64,000 nucleotides of DNA, taken from the NCBI GenBank assembly GCA_963514005.1, contig OY740814.1, positions 12,028,001-12,092,000 on the forward strand, read 5' to 3'. This document shows, in pieces, positions 1 to 15,454 of the stretch. This DNA is from Raja brachyura. Taxonomy: Eukaryota. Every line of letters begins with the position of its first letter. Position 1 is the first letter of the stretch. Position numbers and translations under genes: made by a program. The notes beneath the pieces were generated by a model. That model was not told the DNA's origin and ran no database searches. It saw only the letters and a list, made by a program, of their open reading frames with translations.

Positions 1-2015
1 CCGACATGCATCCTGGAACTAATCCAGACACACATACAGTATAACTATTATTAAATAGCTTGAAGAAACAAATTATCTTAAAATTGTTTAGACAAATGCA
101 ACTACACTGGGCCATCACAAAGTAAATGTATAGTTCGGTACTGTCATACTGTCAGAAAATAATCCACCAGTTTGTATTTACAAACTGGTGGATTACACAG
201 TAAATGAGCTCTGTATAAATATATAGTGATAACTGTTTTGCAAAATAAGTACGATTTAAGAGATGTAAAGCTCTGAGTTAAAATGTACATGTTGTAAACT
301 CTGCCAACTCTGGATTTCAGTTCATATCAAATCTGGTTGAACGTAAAGTTGAACTTCTGATCAAAATGATCTGCAAGTGCAACAACATCTCATTTACACA
401 CCAATGGAGGCAGTAAATTACATAATGCTGCACAGACGGTGAAAATATCTTCAATATGTGGAACTAAAGTGATGGGTAAAGGGTTTCTCAGGATGTTAAA
501 CAACTTTAGATGACCTGTGGTCTGTTCAACGAGAATGCGGACATTGGCAACCTTCTTGCTTTTGTGTATTTTTTCTCTGGTCATTTGCTGATAACCACCG
601 CTGGGAGGGGAAATCTCTAAATAGGCTTGATGAAACATCAAGTCTTCTTGAATGGGAAATCCTCTATCCGCCATTATGCAATCCCCAGGATCAATTAAGT
701 TCAAAAATCCACTCTTCCCAACAATGTATGTATCAGATGATCGCCCACCCCAAGCTTTTGATAAGAATGTGATGATGCCGTTTGGGGCAATTCCAACCAA
801 TAGTTTTAGTGTTGTGTTTCTTGTAGCCGGACCATGTCAAAGCCTGCAACTGTAGATGCCGTGGTCGTTCGAGAAATATCTCTCTGCAGACGAAAATGCA
901 TCTCGGTGCTGAGCATTTCTTTATTATCTGTTTCGGCTGCGTGGACCTTATCATATCACAATCTGGCCAGAAAATCAGGGTTTTCAGTTGGATGGCTAGG
1001 AATTTAAGACAAGTATATTGAATATTTTCGAACCTGTACCCCCACTGAGTCCAAACAAAGGCACGAGAAACACCATTGACAGCCCAAGGCGCAGCTTCAT
1101 CAATGCAAGTACCATTTCATCCTTGATGCTGAGTTTTGACCTGGATCCAGAATTCTTTGGAGTTTGTTTAAATGTTCTTAGTACTTTAGTACTGACGACT
1201 TTTTCTTCCCATCCCAATATCGCATTTTCATTGCTTTATGTTTCACATGCTCGCATAGGTCGTCTAAGTCTTCCTTCGAAGAAAGCCCTGTCAATCTTCT
1301 CACATTTTTGTCGGTATTGATATTGCTACAAAAACGTTTTTTAGCTGCGGTATTCTTCAGTTTTAGTTTCAATTCTTCTACCTTGCCTTCCAACATTTCA
1401 ACTTTGTCAGTCAGTTTGATTATGTACTTCTGTTTTTGGATGCATCCCGTGCAATTACAGTTCTCTTGACTGCTGCATTTGTACACATAATCAACAGCAA
1501 AAGCTCGTAAACGCTTGTTGTCTGGTCCATCGTCAACATGTTGGTCAACATTAGTTTGCTTTACACAACTTTACTCACACATGTACATGCAGAACTCATT
1601 CAGAAGTCAACAAATGTGCATACAGCCCGCGACCTTGGACTAGTATAGTAAGAGGTGAAAACCCCGCAAATACTTTTCATATTATCTATTGATAGTATAG
1701 ATCATACATTTTATTTCATTCTCCCCCACTCCAAAACAAAAACAATAAAAAATGGTTGTTATTCATCGTCACGATCTCGCTCACTCAAGCGAGCCAGCAA
1801 ACGACCAAGGAAAAGCCAATAAAACCACCAAAATCAGCGTATTGTACAAATGAACCATAAATACACCTAGTTAAAAGTCTTGAAAGCAAAACTGGAAAAT
1901 ACATATGAAATGCAGGTTAAAACAATTATCGATCGTAGGTGTGCTGGCGAGATTGTTTGTCCCGAATGACCCATGATCTGGGCAAACTCGCGCATGCGCA
2001 GATGTAATACCAACC
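1..2015 (-). mobile_element. Decayed DNA transposon, PIF/Harbinger-related (ISL2EU-like), in an RFX7 intron; runs off the left edge
   Basis: Frameshifted minus-strand ORFs 390-800, 733-954, 996-1217 and 1178-1486 together give a DDE_Tnp_4-type transposase. A CpG-containing end segment (ctcgcgcatgcgcagatgtaataccaacct, ~1987-2016) precedes return to AT-rich intron. Right boundary approximate; the other end is not visible. Confidence 0.75.
390..1486 (-). pseudogene. Frameshifted DDE_Tnp_4 (HARBI1/ISL2EU-like) transposase with HTH_Tnp_4-like region
   Basis: Motifs TWSGYKKHNT, GIAPNGIITFLSKAWGGRSSD, GDCIMADRGF, VANVRILVEQ, IFTVCAALCNLLPPLV and KLSIKDEMVLALMKLRLGL are split across several frames. 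Confidence 0.85.
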
Positions 2016-3354
2016 TCGCTTATTTGGAGGATGCTAGTTTGCTCCCAGTGTTTAACTTGTACATAAACATGGAATGCATGTGCCAGTCAGATAAGGTAAA
2101 TGCTGTTTGGGATGTTATGGCGGTGAAATTCAATTTCAGTTTAAAAAAAAAGTATTTAAAGGGAGTGTCTTGAATAATAAATAGTTATGTCATGTTATTC
2201 AGCAATTTCTGCCTTTCATCTATTGTCAATATTGCAACAGCTATCTTAAAGTTTTGCAGTTTATTACTAATTTATACAAAATTGGCTGAAGAAGTTATCT
2301 TTTGGTACATTAATGTACATATTTCCCATAATATGAATATTTTGGGTTGATGATTTAATATGCTGATATCTTGTGTGTGCACCTCAGTGTCTGACTTTAC
2401 TAGTTACATTTTGGAAATTTGTCCTGTTTTTGACAGATAGTTGCAATCTTCAAATACTTTATTATTTCTGACTTCTGATTCCTTACAAAACAGAGTTGCA
2501 GAATATTGGTATTGGATCCTTTTTAAAAAAAAGTTTAATTGTACATGGAAAAGTTATTTCTTGTAATATCATTACACCCTAATAGTGGTCAATACCAACA
2601 TTCAAACATTGTTCATTGCATTTAGTCCAAATGCTTAATAATTCATGAGTAATGGGAAAGACGATTCTTTACTCTCGCCAGCGAACCATTTGAGAGGTCA
2701 GCTACCAATTCAATGGAGAAGGCTTGATGAGAGCAAGAGTTCTGAGCATTGGGGCAGTTCCAAATCTCACTGGCTGGCAGAGCTACCATTTAAATTGGAT
2801 TTACTGTCAACGGTGGATCATCAACACCAATCAAACATGCATTGCTTTGTAGTGTGGTCTTGTCAGGTGTTTTATTTATGAATGTGAGTTTTATGAATTG
2901 TGATTTGTTTACACAGTGAACAATTACCCCCCCATTTTCCTTTTTTCTTCAAATAATGAATTAACAACATTGTAATTATTGTACAAGTATTTTGTTGAAC
3001 AGCAGGCACATTTAAGCTTTAAATTACATAGCGTTAATATAAATTTGTGTTGAATCTTATTCCATCGCTGATTTTTATTAGACTTTTTACGTATGGTTTT
3101 GGCCACCCTTAAGGAATATTTACACAATGTTTCGTATTGGGTAGATTTTCTATTTCCCCATTATTATGCAGGAAAATATGTCAGATGTAATTTTCTAAGT
3201 GCTGATGATTTCCATAAAAGCTCATGCAATTGATAATTTACTCTTAATATCACTAGCTTTTAATTTAAAGAACATGTTTTAATGTGGCTTCTGCATTTGG
3301 TGGGGACAATATAATTTGGGGGGTAAATATGAACATAATGCAACAAATGACAAA

Positions 3355-3452
3355 GGGTCTGAAGAAAGGTCTTGACCCGAAACGTCGCCCATTCCTTCTC
3401 TCCACAGATGCTGCCTCAACTGCTGAGTTACTCCAGCCTTTTGTGTCTACAA
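3355..3452 (+). mobile_element. Short Penelope-like terminal-repeat fragment with hammerhead motif (core 3359-3386)
   Basis: gggt-CTGAAGA-aaggtcttgaccc-GAAACGTC-gccc followed by the family tail gatgctgcc...ctgagttactccagc. Confidence 0.75.
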
Positions 3453-4311
3453 ATGATATTTAAACCTACCCATGGTCAACCATTACTGATTAAATTAATA
3501 GGCCATGTGGTGGATTCTGTATTAAATTTCAATGGGCGAGTAAACATGAAATGAAGGAACAATTATTAATTAAATGTTTCTGCAGTTACCGATTGTTAAA
3601 GAGCTTCAATCCATGCATCGTATTAAAATGCTAGATATTTTCCAGACTTGCCCATTTCAATTAAAATAAAAACAACAAATCAACAAAATACCCAGCAGTG
3701 CAGGCAGATATTTTGTTTTTAATTTGAATGCTCTAGTACAAATTTAAAAAAAAATTAAAATTAAAAAATGATTTAGCCATTCTGTCTATAGAATTCCAGA
3801 ACCAGCACATTTAACTTGTCAGATCTAATGCATTGCAATTGGAGCTGAAGTCTGCTGTTGAATTCTGGAACTAGGTTTAGTGCCTGCTGCCTTAACTACA
3901 CATTAATAATGGTGGACTTTTCCCAAGATTACATAAACACAATACAATCTATTAAAAACAATTGCATTTTTCTTTTGATGTAATGGGGCAATTTATAGGT
4001 TAGTTATTCTTGCAAATTGTGAATAAAAGATATTTCTGGTGGAATATCTAAGTCTATGTACATCACAAACACGGGTACAACTGGACTAATGAATATGGTT
4101 TATTAGAGCAAGTTATCAGATTGGGTGAGCCTTTAAAAAAAGATAAACATTGGTAATGGCAATTCATGATTCTATTGTTGATCTGTGGATTTGTCACATG
4201 ACAAAGGTATGGTAACTTTTGAACGGTGTTTGGATGGATGGGGGAAGAAGTGTTTAATATCTGAAGAAGTGAGAATGCAGGCCTCTGATCTAAAATTACC
4301 CCCGGACCTAA

Positions 4312-5801
<1,490 letters not shown>

Positions 5802-5886
5802 ATATTGCTATAGTGGTCTGAGGAAAAAAGCTTTTGTTCACATGCCGTCACTACCAAGCCTGGATTTTCACAAAACCACTGAAGGG
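5802..5886 (+). CDS. RFX7: RFX7 exon, 85 nt (end of DBD plus PxLPxL motif)
   Basis: Encodes (K)[28 protein letters not shown]; donor |gtaagt at 5887. Confidence 0.95.
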
Positions 5887-7739
5887 GTAAGTATCCTACT
5901 ATACTGTAAATAAGCAATTCACATACTCTTGAAGTGTAAAACATCCTTTAATGATAGCACAGGGTATAACACACGTCAGCAAGCACTGGCTACATTCTTC
6001 TACTGAACTGTGCCCAGGGAGGGGAAGCGTTATGATTGATGTTAACTAAGGCGGGGTTAATGGTACTGAAGTAGCTATATTATTGGTTGCATGCATAAAC
6101 CATCTACATATACTATACTATAACAATATGTTTTCCTTCACTATTGGAAAGAATATTGTGTGTGCAACTGTCATCTTCCACTGTTTCCTATCTTTATATC
6201 CACCAATAGCAAATACCTCACCCACAATTGAATTTGCAGACAAATCTGGAGAATTTGTTCTTCAGTCCCATGTTAAGTCCCGCACTCATGTTAACCATTC
6301 TAAACTGCTTTCATACAGCTGCAGAATGTTCTTAAATATTAAATTAAGATGCTTAATCACTTATAATACATCTGTGTGCTCAGGTATTCCTATAAATTAT
6401 ACTTTTTAGTGGTCTTACTGTTGTTAGTATAGTGAATACTTCATTATACATAGAAGAGTGCTGGAATGTGCCCTTCAGTCCAGGATGTTTATGCTTTTAA
6501 TGCCAATTTAACTGTACATCTGTCTATAAATGATCTATATCCTTCCATTGTCTGACCATGCGCCTTTTAAAATGCCTCTTAAACACTTTTATGTATCTGC
6601 TTCGACCATCTCCTCAGTGGTGCATTCCAGGCACTTCCCATTCTCTGTGTAAATAAACTTTGCCTTGCGAATCTCTTTAAACTTTCCCTTTCCTCCCTCT
6701 AGTATTTGATATTTCCATCCTGGGGATGTGGGTGGAAAGGACAATCCCATCTCTGCTTCCTAGAATTTTATATGCTTTGCAGACTTTTATTTAACATGCA
6801 CTTGGTCACAGCTTTGAAAAAGTTTCCCAGAAAGCATTTTTTTCATTTCAGTTAGTCGTACCCTGATTTCAAGTTATAAGGTAACACATTAGATATATCT
6901 TTGTAGCTTGTGAACATGCATAAGTTAGAGAGAAGGTGCTTACCATGACCTTCAAGGACAACTGCTTTAATTTTCAGATTCTTGATCTGTCAAAGCCATC
7001 ACAATGGGATATCTCAGAAGAAACATGTTTGTTTGTCTAATTGACTTCCATTGAATCATGTATTTGTCTTTTCAAATCCATTTTAGCGTTCATTGTATCA
7101 AAGTATGATCTGGCACAGATGTGTCTTTGGTCCCTGCTGCCTCAGTCATGGGTGGTACCTCAAAGCTTTGCATTGATAGGCTTAATGGTTAGGCTTTTCT
7201 AAATTGGGGAAAGTCTCATCAACGACCAACCCATATTGAATCCAGCTTTATGCATTGATTATGGGGGCGATTTGAACCAAAAGTCCTGCTCAACTAAATT
7301 TTGGATGCAAAACACTTGATGTTGCCATTGCTTTTCTGTTGTTTGGTTGAGTGGGATTACTCTTGCCTCGTTCCAGTTTTACCTTTGAAAGTCAATCTGT
7401 AATCTGTAGCTCTTTCTGTTCATACACCATTAACCTTGCGTCTCCCACAAATTTATATTTGCCCACTTTACACTTCCATTTGAAATCAGATAGCTTGCTG
7501 AAAACACATTAACATGGTCCATTTGTATATTTCTCTTCACTGCCGTTCAACCTCTTTTTTAAATTACACATTTATTATATGAGGAGAATTTTTCTTTTCC
7601 GTAAATATTCTGAAGAGTTAAACCATTGCTTTGAATATGTCCACTTTGTTTCATGGCTTACCAGCTTCCTCCCTCCCTTTGATACGTAGTTAAAGATTGT
7701 TCGAGATTGTTGATAAACGATGTTAAACCCTGACATGTT

Positions 7740-8472
7740 TAACAAAGAACTACAGATGCTGGAAAAATCAAAGGTAGACAAAAATGCTGGCCATGGAGGA
7801 GGCCCAGGACAGAAAGGTCAGATTCGGAATGGGAATACTAACTGAGCGGAGGTGTTGGGCAAAGTGATCTCCAAGTGACAAGTGTAGCATTGCAACCCCA
7901 GGGAATGCTACACTTGTTGCTTTACCGCCCTCCTCGACTCCATCCAAAGACCCAAGCAGTCTTTCCAGGTGAGGCAGAGGTTCACCTGCACCTCCTCCAA
8001 CCTCATCTGTTGCATCCGCTGTTCCAGGTGACAACTGCTCTACATCGGTGAGACCAAGCGCAGGCTTGGCGATCGCTTCGCCCAACACCTCCGCTCAGTT
8101 CGCAATAACCAACGTGATCTCCCGGTGGCTCAGCACTTCAACTCCCCCTCCCATTCTGAATCCGACCTTTCTGTCCTGGGCCGCCTCCATGGCCAGAGTG
8201 TGTCCCACTGCAAATTGGAGGAGCCGCACCTCATATTTTGCTTGGGTAATTTATACCCCAGCGGTACGAACATTGACTTCTCCAGTTTCAGGTAGTCCTT
8301 GCTTTCTCCCTCCTTCCCCTCCCCTTCCCAGCTCTCACACAGCCCACTGTCTCCACCTCTTCCTTTCTTTTTCCCGCCCCCCCCCATCAGTGTGAAGAAG
8401 GGTCTCGACCCGAAACATCGCCTATTCCCTCGCTCCATAGATGCTGAATTTCTCCACCATTTTTGTCTACCT
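7740..8472 (+). mobile_element. Penelope-like element 3' fragment (GIY-YIG end plus terminal repeat) with inverted 5' piece
   Basis: 17-bp TSD ttaaaccctgacatgtt (7723-7739, 8473-8489); encodes ...LYIGETKRRLGDRFAQHLRSV...; 7740-7880 is an inverted copy of family sequence. Confidence 0.9.
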
Positions 8473-10528
8473 TTAAACCCTGACATGTTCATCCAAGCAC
8501 ATAAATATTCCATTACCAAGAATAAATACTTGCACTTCTATAATGAAGGAGCACACACTGTAAATAGTGTGAGTTTGCATAGCTTTGATTGCCAAGGGAT
8601 TTGGGTGTCCTATGGTGTGATTTGCACACAGCTGGTATGCTGGTGCAGGAAGCAAACAATATTATAGTTTATTGCCAGTATAATTTAATACAAAATAAGG
8701 AGATGTTTCTTCAGTTCTATCGGTTTTTGGTAAAGTCACATCTGTAGGACCATGTACAATATAGAACTCCTTAATGAGAGAAAGGTGTAAATGCATTGAA
8801 ACAATTCAGAGCAGATTTACTGGACTCATTCCTGGAACAAATAGGTTGAACTATAAGGAAAGGTTGGATAAAATGGGCATTTATCCGAAAAAATATAGAT
8901 GAGTGAGAAAGAATTTGACTGAAGGCACAAGATCCTGTGGAAGAATCCAGCAGAGGTAATTGTCTTGAAACGGAGCATATTGACTGGCAGCATGGCCTGG
9001 TTCAGCAACTCGAATGTCCAGGAAAGTAAGAAGATGACTAAATGTAGTGGACGTCACCTGGTCCTTTATGGGTGCTGACCTCTCCACCATGGAAGGGATC
9101 CGTACAAGGCAGTAAGCATCATCAAGGGCCCTCCACACTGTGGCCATGCTCTCATTTCACTCAGTGCCCTTGATGATGCTAGCTGCTTTACTGAGGCATC
9201 TTTCAGATGGCAGGAGTGAAATGCCTGAGAACTTTGACCTCCAGGTTCAGGACCACCTTTGGCCCAACAACCATCAGTCTCTTGAACACAACGAACACCA
9301 ACTAAACTACAAACTGGCATTGCAGTTTTAATTGGCACCAAAATTATTATTATTTTAATTTATTGAACTTTTATTGTTTATTGTGTTACCTATGAGTACT
9401 GTGATTACATGTTATACTGTTGCAAGTAACAATTTCATTGTTCCATTGTCAGTACATGTGACAGTTAAACACCAGTTGCAACCAATTCCACAGTGCAGAC
9501 AGCAAATATTCAGGGAATGTACGTGCTTAAAGTTTCCTGCACAATAATAAAAGGCAGTATTTGACCTTGGGACATAAGGTTGAGCCAATCGGCCAACACT
9601 ATTATTAAATAAATCTTTGAGTTATGACGTGTTTTGGAATGAGGTCCATATCTGGACTTGGAATGTTCTTCTTGACGTATAAGCTCAAACATCCAGTAGC
9701 TTGTTTAGTGGCCAAGCATGACAATTTTTTCCCCCTTCTGATATCATTTCCTTGGGAGCCTGATGGTGACACTCCTTTGTAATATAAACAATTATTTCCC
9801 CCCCCCAAACTCTTGTTTCAAAGGATTTCAAAATCGTCTATGCTATTTATCTTAAATCTAGATTGATATACTGTCTGTCATTTGTTTAGGGAATGAGTAA
9901 GACTTTGCACTTAATGTCAATTTGAGTAGGATTAACAGCTGGGTTACCTTTTTGTTATTTCTTGTCCCAAGTTGTCATTTACTATCATTCTTTAATCTCC
10001 CAAAAGATTTTACAGAGCTGATGTGAAATTGCTCGGTTAACTACCTGCCAGTTAGCCGGTATTTTCCTGCTTGCATTTCTAAGAAAATCAGAAAATCTAG
10101 TGATTGAACTTGGATGTATGTGTACTCGAAGAAAATAGTGAGTTATCATTTGCTTATTTATGCATTAAGGTAAATGTACTCTCCTCAGTATTTTGTGCAG
10201 CAAACATCTGTGGTCTGTGTAATATAACATCTAGAATTGGGTATATCTGTCCCAAAGTCAAATGTAAGTTGCACTTTTTGAGGGAATGCATTTTCATAAA
10301 TTGATCTGTTTGCATTTAATTATTTGTGTTGCTGCTCCAATCTTGACCTCAATGTTATTTTTATTTTAAGTTGCATAAGTAGTTGAATTTCTCTTACTGA
10401 AACCTCAAATGGTTATTGTGATTAAAAGATGAGATTGTCACGCAGAGATCTCCCTATTTTTGGAGTGGGTGTTTTATTTTCCTCTGTTAATAATTAGTGA
10501 CTAATTTTTGATTATCTTGTTTTTTTAG

Positions 10529-10736
10529 TCTGAAGGATCAGACTGCGCAGGGCACTTGCAGAGTATTGATGAAGAGGTCAGATCTGCGGCTTGCAGTCTG
10601 GTGTGTGAGTGGGCCCAGAAGGTATTAATTCGCAAGTTTGATTCGGTGGTCGATCTCGCACGCTTCCTTGTAACCAGTCACTATATCGTCACTAAATCCG
10701 TTGCTGCGTTGTCCATGATGACCGGTGATCCTTCAG
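10529..10736 (+). CDS. RFX7: RFX7 exon, 208 nt
   Basis: Acceptor ttttttag|; [48 protein letters not shown]...; donor |gtgagc; phase matches both neighbours. Confidence 0.95.
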
Positions 10737-10959
10737 GTGAGCGATTGAGTGTATGGAATATCTCCCCATTAAATATTTTAAGACTACTTTGCTGCTGCTT
10801 AATATACAACATTTTATGATGGTAAAGGAAACAAGTTGCCAAGTACAGTATTGCTAGCATGATTCGTTATGATGTTCAACTACATACTGTAGTTACGTGA
10901 GGGGAGTTGCTCCTTCCCTTTCCTGATACGTGCATGATGTTGCAACTTTTATGTCGTCA

Positions 10960-12330
10960 CAATGAACTGCAGACGCTGGTTTACAAAAAAAGACACAATG
11001 TATTGGAGTAACTCAACGGGTCAGTTAACATCTTTGGAGAACATGGATAGGTGGCATTTGGGGTTGGGACCCTTCTCCAGCCAGATTGTGGTGGTGGGGA
11101 ACAAAGCTGAAAGACGGGAGGGGCAGGACAATGCCAGGTGTGTGATTGGTGGATACAGGTGAGATGAGCTTTGATAGGCAGATGTTCAGAAAGCCAGAAA
11201 AGTGAGAGTTATGGTTAGAAGAGTTGTAATTTGTGAAGCCAGAGGAAGGAATATAGGTGGAAGGGGGGGGGGGGGGGGGGCAAGGGGAGGAATTGCTCCA
11301 AATGAAGGTGGGGCATAGGGAGGAGAGGGGGAAGGAAAAAAACAACTAACAATAAAGTGGAGTTGTTTGTAGGTTAGTTACCCAAAACTGGAGAATTCAA
11401 TGTTGGTACAGTTAGGCTGTAAGCTACCCAAACAAAATATGAGATGTTGTTCCTCCTGTCTGTGTGTGGCCCCACTCTGGCAATGGAGGAGGCCCTCAAC
11501 AGAAAGATCAGTAAGGGGATTTAAAATGGTTAGCAACCGGGAGATCCAGTCGGCTTTGCCGGACCCAGCGCAGGTGTTGGGTGAAACTGTCGCCGAGTCT
11601 CTGCTAGGTCTCGCCAATGTAAAATAATACAGTAGTGGATGTTAGAGGAGGTGTACGTGAACCTCTGTTTCATCTGAGAGGACTGCTGGAGTCCCTGGAT
11701 GTATGTGGGAGAGGAGGTATATGGACTGGTATTACACCTGTGGTTTCAGGGGATAGTACAGGGGGGGAAGGGGTTGCTTGGGTGGAAAAGGATGAATGAA
11801 CTAAGGAGTTGCAGAGGGAGTGGTCTCTGTGGAAAGCAGAAAGGAACGAATGGAAGATATGAGTGGTGGTGGGGTCACATTGAAAGTTGTGGAAATTATG
11901 TGTTGGATGTGAAGGCTGCTGGGGGTGAAAGGTGAGGGCCTGGAGAACATTGTTCTGTCTGCGGGGAGGTGTGAGAGAAGGGGTCACTGGGACACATAGG
12001 AGGTGCGGGTGAGGGTTCCATTTATGCGGGGGAGAGGGGGACGCATGATTACTAGAGAAAGAGAGTATTTTGGATGTCCTACAATGGAAAAGCTCATCTT
12101 GGGAGCCGATGCGATGGAGAAACTAAGAGTTGGGGGTACCGTCTTTGCAAGAGGCAGGGTGGGAGGAGGTGTATTCCAGATAACTGGGAGTCAGTGGGTT
12201 TGTAGTCGACTTCAGTCAATAGCCTGTCCCCCCGATGGAGACAAAGATATCAAGAAAGGGGAGAGGCATCAGATGGCAGATTTTCTGTTCAGTGAAGGGT
12301 TTGTGTGTGCAACTGACCTTACTTAGTTTA
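10960..12330 (-). mobile_element. Older degenerate Penelope-like fragment (RT C-terminus, GIY-YIG, terminal repeat)
   Basis: Minus-strand remnants LTFHP...DPTTTHIF...AFHRDHSL and LSVEGLLHCQS..EEQHLIFCLGSLQPNCTNIEF. Confidence 0.8.
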
Positions 12331-13708
12331 AACATAGTTGAAGGCAAATTGGTTTGTCAGATCCACACTAGAACTTGCACTGAGTAAAGTTATCAAACTA
12401 ATACCTGTTCTTTGTTTCTCTGAACCCCAACAATTTAACACACATGCCCATCAACTTCCCTTCTGTTTTCTTTTTGCAATTTACCCACATTAAGCTTGTC
12501 CCAACAGCCTGCGTTTGGCCAATATCCCTCCCATTTATCCTTCCCTGTAAATTGCAATTCATTATGAATATGCTGTATAACACATTCAAAAATGATATGC
12601 TCGGATTTATTAAAAGAAAGCCATTTCAATAAACTATCAAATTCCAACAACTATCAGTAAAAATAATATTTATTGGTAATTTAAAACTTGTATGAATGCA
12701 GTTATCCAGCGATCCAGAGACATGGGTTTGATTCTGACCTGCTGTGGAGTTTTCATGCTCTCCCTGTGCCCATGTGTGCTTCTCCCTCAGGTGCTCAATT
12801 TTGTTCCGACATCCTAAAGACATGCTTACTGTCGGGCGAATTGACTACTATACGACTGGGCGATAGAAGTATTGGGAAGTTGATGAGCATGTATATGAGA
12901 ATGGGTTACAGGGGGGAAATGTAGAGGACTTGACAAAGGTTTTATGGTTTTTCATTTTATTTTGTCTTGTCAATTAAAAAACAAAATTGCTGGCAAGATT
13001 CCGCAATGAGAAAGGGATAATGAGATTTTATTGATTATGTTGCATTGTTAAACCCATACAGGTAAGAATGCTGCCTAGGGACTACACAGTATCTTGATAT
13101 GTTTGATGTTGACCTGTACTGTAAAAGCTGGACAGTTCTACATTGCTGGCACTGATATTATTGATCAGCAACAGACAAGTTATTATTTATGATGTCATAA
13201 GAAAATAACCTGAAGAACCAAATATTTGCTTTTAATATCATATGTAAGAAATAACTAGCAACTGCAAAAGGTAAAAATAGTTGTGCCCAGGTTCCTGGAT
13301 GAATTATGAAATATAACTATCAAAATCTTATGCTTTTATTTTGTGACTAATTGCTTATAAAAATGACTAGAATAATGTCTTTCTCTAGGTAGTTGGTGTT
13401 TCAACTGAGTTGCAGAAACGATTGGAAATGCACAAGAGTTTAATGTGCTCAATGAAATACGGAGCATTATGGAAACAGAATAGTTGTTTTCAATAATAAT
13501 TATATCATGTTTCCATTTTTATCAGAGAACCAAAAAATGTACTGAAAGCACGGGTGGTGAAATGGTTATCATGAAAAATATAGTAATAAGCAGCTAACAA
13601 AATCAGAAGCTGCATGTTTCAGAGCTAAATATCCTCATGATTTTGATGCTGACTTATCGAGTGTGCATAGTTTTGTGTGTTCACAGTTTATTATTTCCTT
13701 TGTTGCAG

Positions 13709-14013
13709 GAGGGAAGCAACCTTCTGCGTTTGTGCCTATGGCTGAAAGCAACTCTTTTCAGCCCCAGGTGAAGACTTTGCTTTCCCCATCAATAGATGCC
13801 AAACAACAATTACAGCGCAAAATTCAACAAAATACATTGAAGAAACAACAAGAACAGAAACTTCAATCTCCACTTCCAGGCGAGCAACAAGGGAAGAAGA
13901 TAGAGGGCCCCACTGTTGGAGGAGTCACTAACATTCCCAACGGAAGCCCTGCTTTGCTTTCTCCACAACCCACAATTGGCATAGTAGTGGCAACTGTTCC
14001 CAGCCCTATTCAG
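13709..14013 (+). CDS. RFX7: RFX7 exon, 305 nt
   Basis: Acceptor tgttgcag|; [23 protein letters not shown]...[11 protein letters not shown]...[13 protein letters not shown]; donor |gtaggt. Confidence 0.95.
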
Positions 14014-15454
14014 GTAGGTTATTCGTGATTCAGTGTTAAGATTGACAATCAAAGTGAAGACTGTTGGAGAGGGTGGCGTGGAGGGAGGGGAGGTGGCAGG
14101 ATTTAAAAATCTTATGAATAAAATCACGTCATTTTTCAATTGTAAAGTCACATAACGTAGGTACATGGTATCGGGTGGTTTCATTGCTTCAGTGCTGCAG
14201 ATCCAGTTTCAGGGTAATGGTTCAGTTAACATTTCTTGTGCTGATTTGGCGATGCATGGTCTGATACTATTATTTACTTGGCCACTTTTCCCAGTGTTGT
14301 TACTTGTCAGTAGTATGTATTTTTCCAAAGGTGAAGCATTTTTTTAAATAAGCTCTGCTTCTGAAACACATCTTTAATGCAATTTCCCAATCCATATCCA
14401 TTCTCTCTTCATTTCTAAATAATTGCCTTTATTTTGGTTTAGGATCCTATTCTCACACGAGTTTGCCACTCCAAACTAGATGTGAAAGTCCATCATGCCA
14501 TGATCACTTCTTTCAAAGAATTCTTGTCATGAGAACACCAATTTAACCTGTCTTATGCCTGGTTCACAAGGAGCTGCCCTCTGAAATGGTTCAGCATGCA
14601 TTCCATGAATTTATCCATACGACTGCCTTAATGAGGTTGATTTGCCCAATCAATATGAAATTCAAGTCGCCCATGATTTTGTTCACTGCCTTAGTGTGCC
14701 TTTGTCACAAGCCCCCTTTATTTTGTGATCAATACCATGTACAACAATATAGTCATTATGTGCAGACACACTCATTTCATTCTTTCTAATCCTGGGCCAG
14801 GCTGGCTCTATTTGCTCATTTTTGAGGCCTTTCATTTTACATTTTGCATCAACATTAATTTTACTCCTCTTTCTGAAATGCCAAATACCCAAGTATAGTC
14901 AATTTCCAACAAGAGAAAATGGAAAAAAAAACTGCAGATGCTGGAATTCTGAAATTAAAGCAGAAAATGCTGGCAAAATACAAGTAGAAAAGTATTTCCA
15001 TCACTTTCTGTTTTTATTTATATCACAGATTTGATCATCTTGCATATACATCACTAATTAAATTGTGCCCATTTATGTCTCTGTGCACTGAGTTCATCAG
15101 ACATGCGTTGAGATTGCAAACCTTTGGCTTCAATATCTAATGATTTTTTTTTAATTAACTACTGAAGCTAAATATTTAGCATCACATTTAGCACTTTTTG
15201 TGCTGCATGTTTGACCCTATTTTTGTCTAGATTCTCTCTCCTGTTGCACTTTGCTTATCATTGTTAGTATCAACTTGCCCTTTTTATTTAACTAATTCAA
15301 TTAACACCATCCACTCCCCAACTTCCACCTCGTTATTCATTAAAGTATTAAACCCTAACCGTCCTAGTTACTTGCTTTTCCAGGGACCTTTTCTCAGCAT
15401 GATTCACTGAAGCCAATCTAAAAGTAACACTGCCCTCCTTCCTAGATTTGACCA

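Noticed and set aside
390-800. Domesticated HARBI1 host gene
   Set aside because: Multiple frameshifts, intronic location and element-like end indicate a dead transposon.
6100-6430. Helitron-like start (atctacatatactatac)
   Set aside because: No matching CTRR end with hairpin and no second copy.
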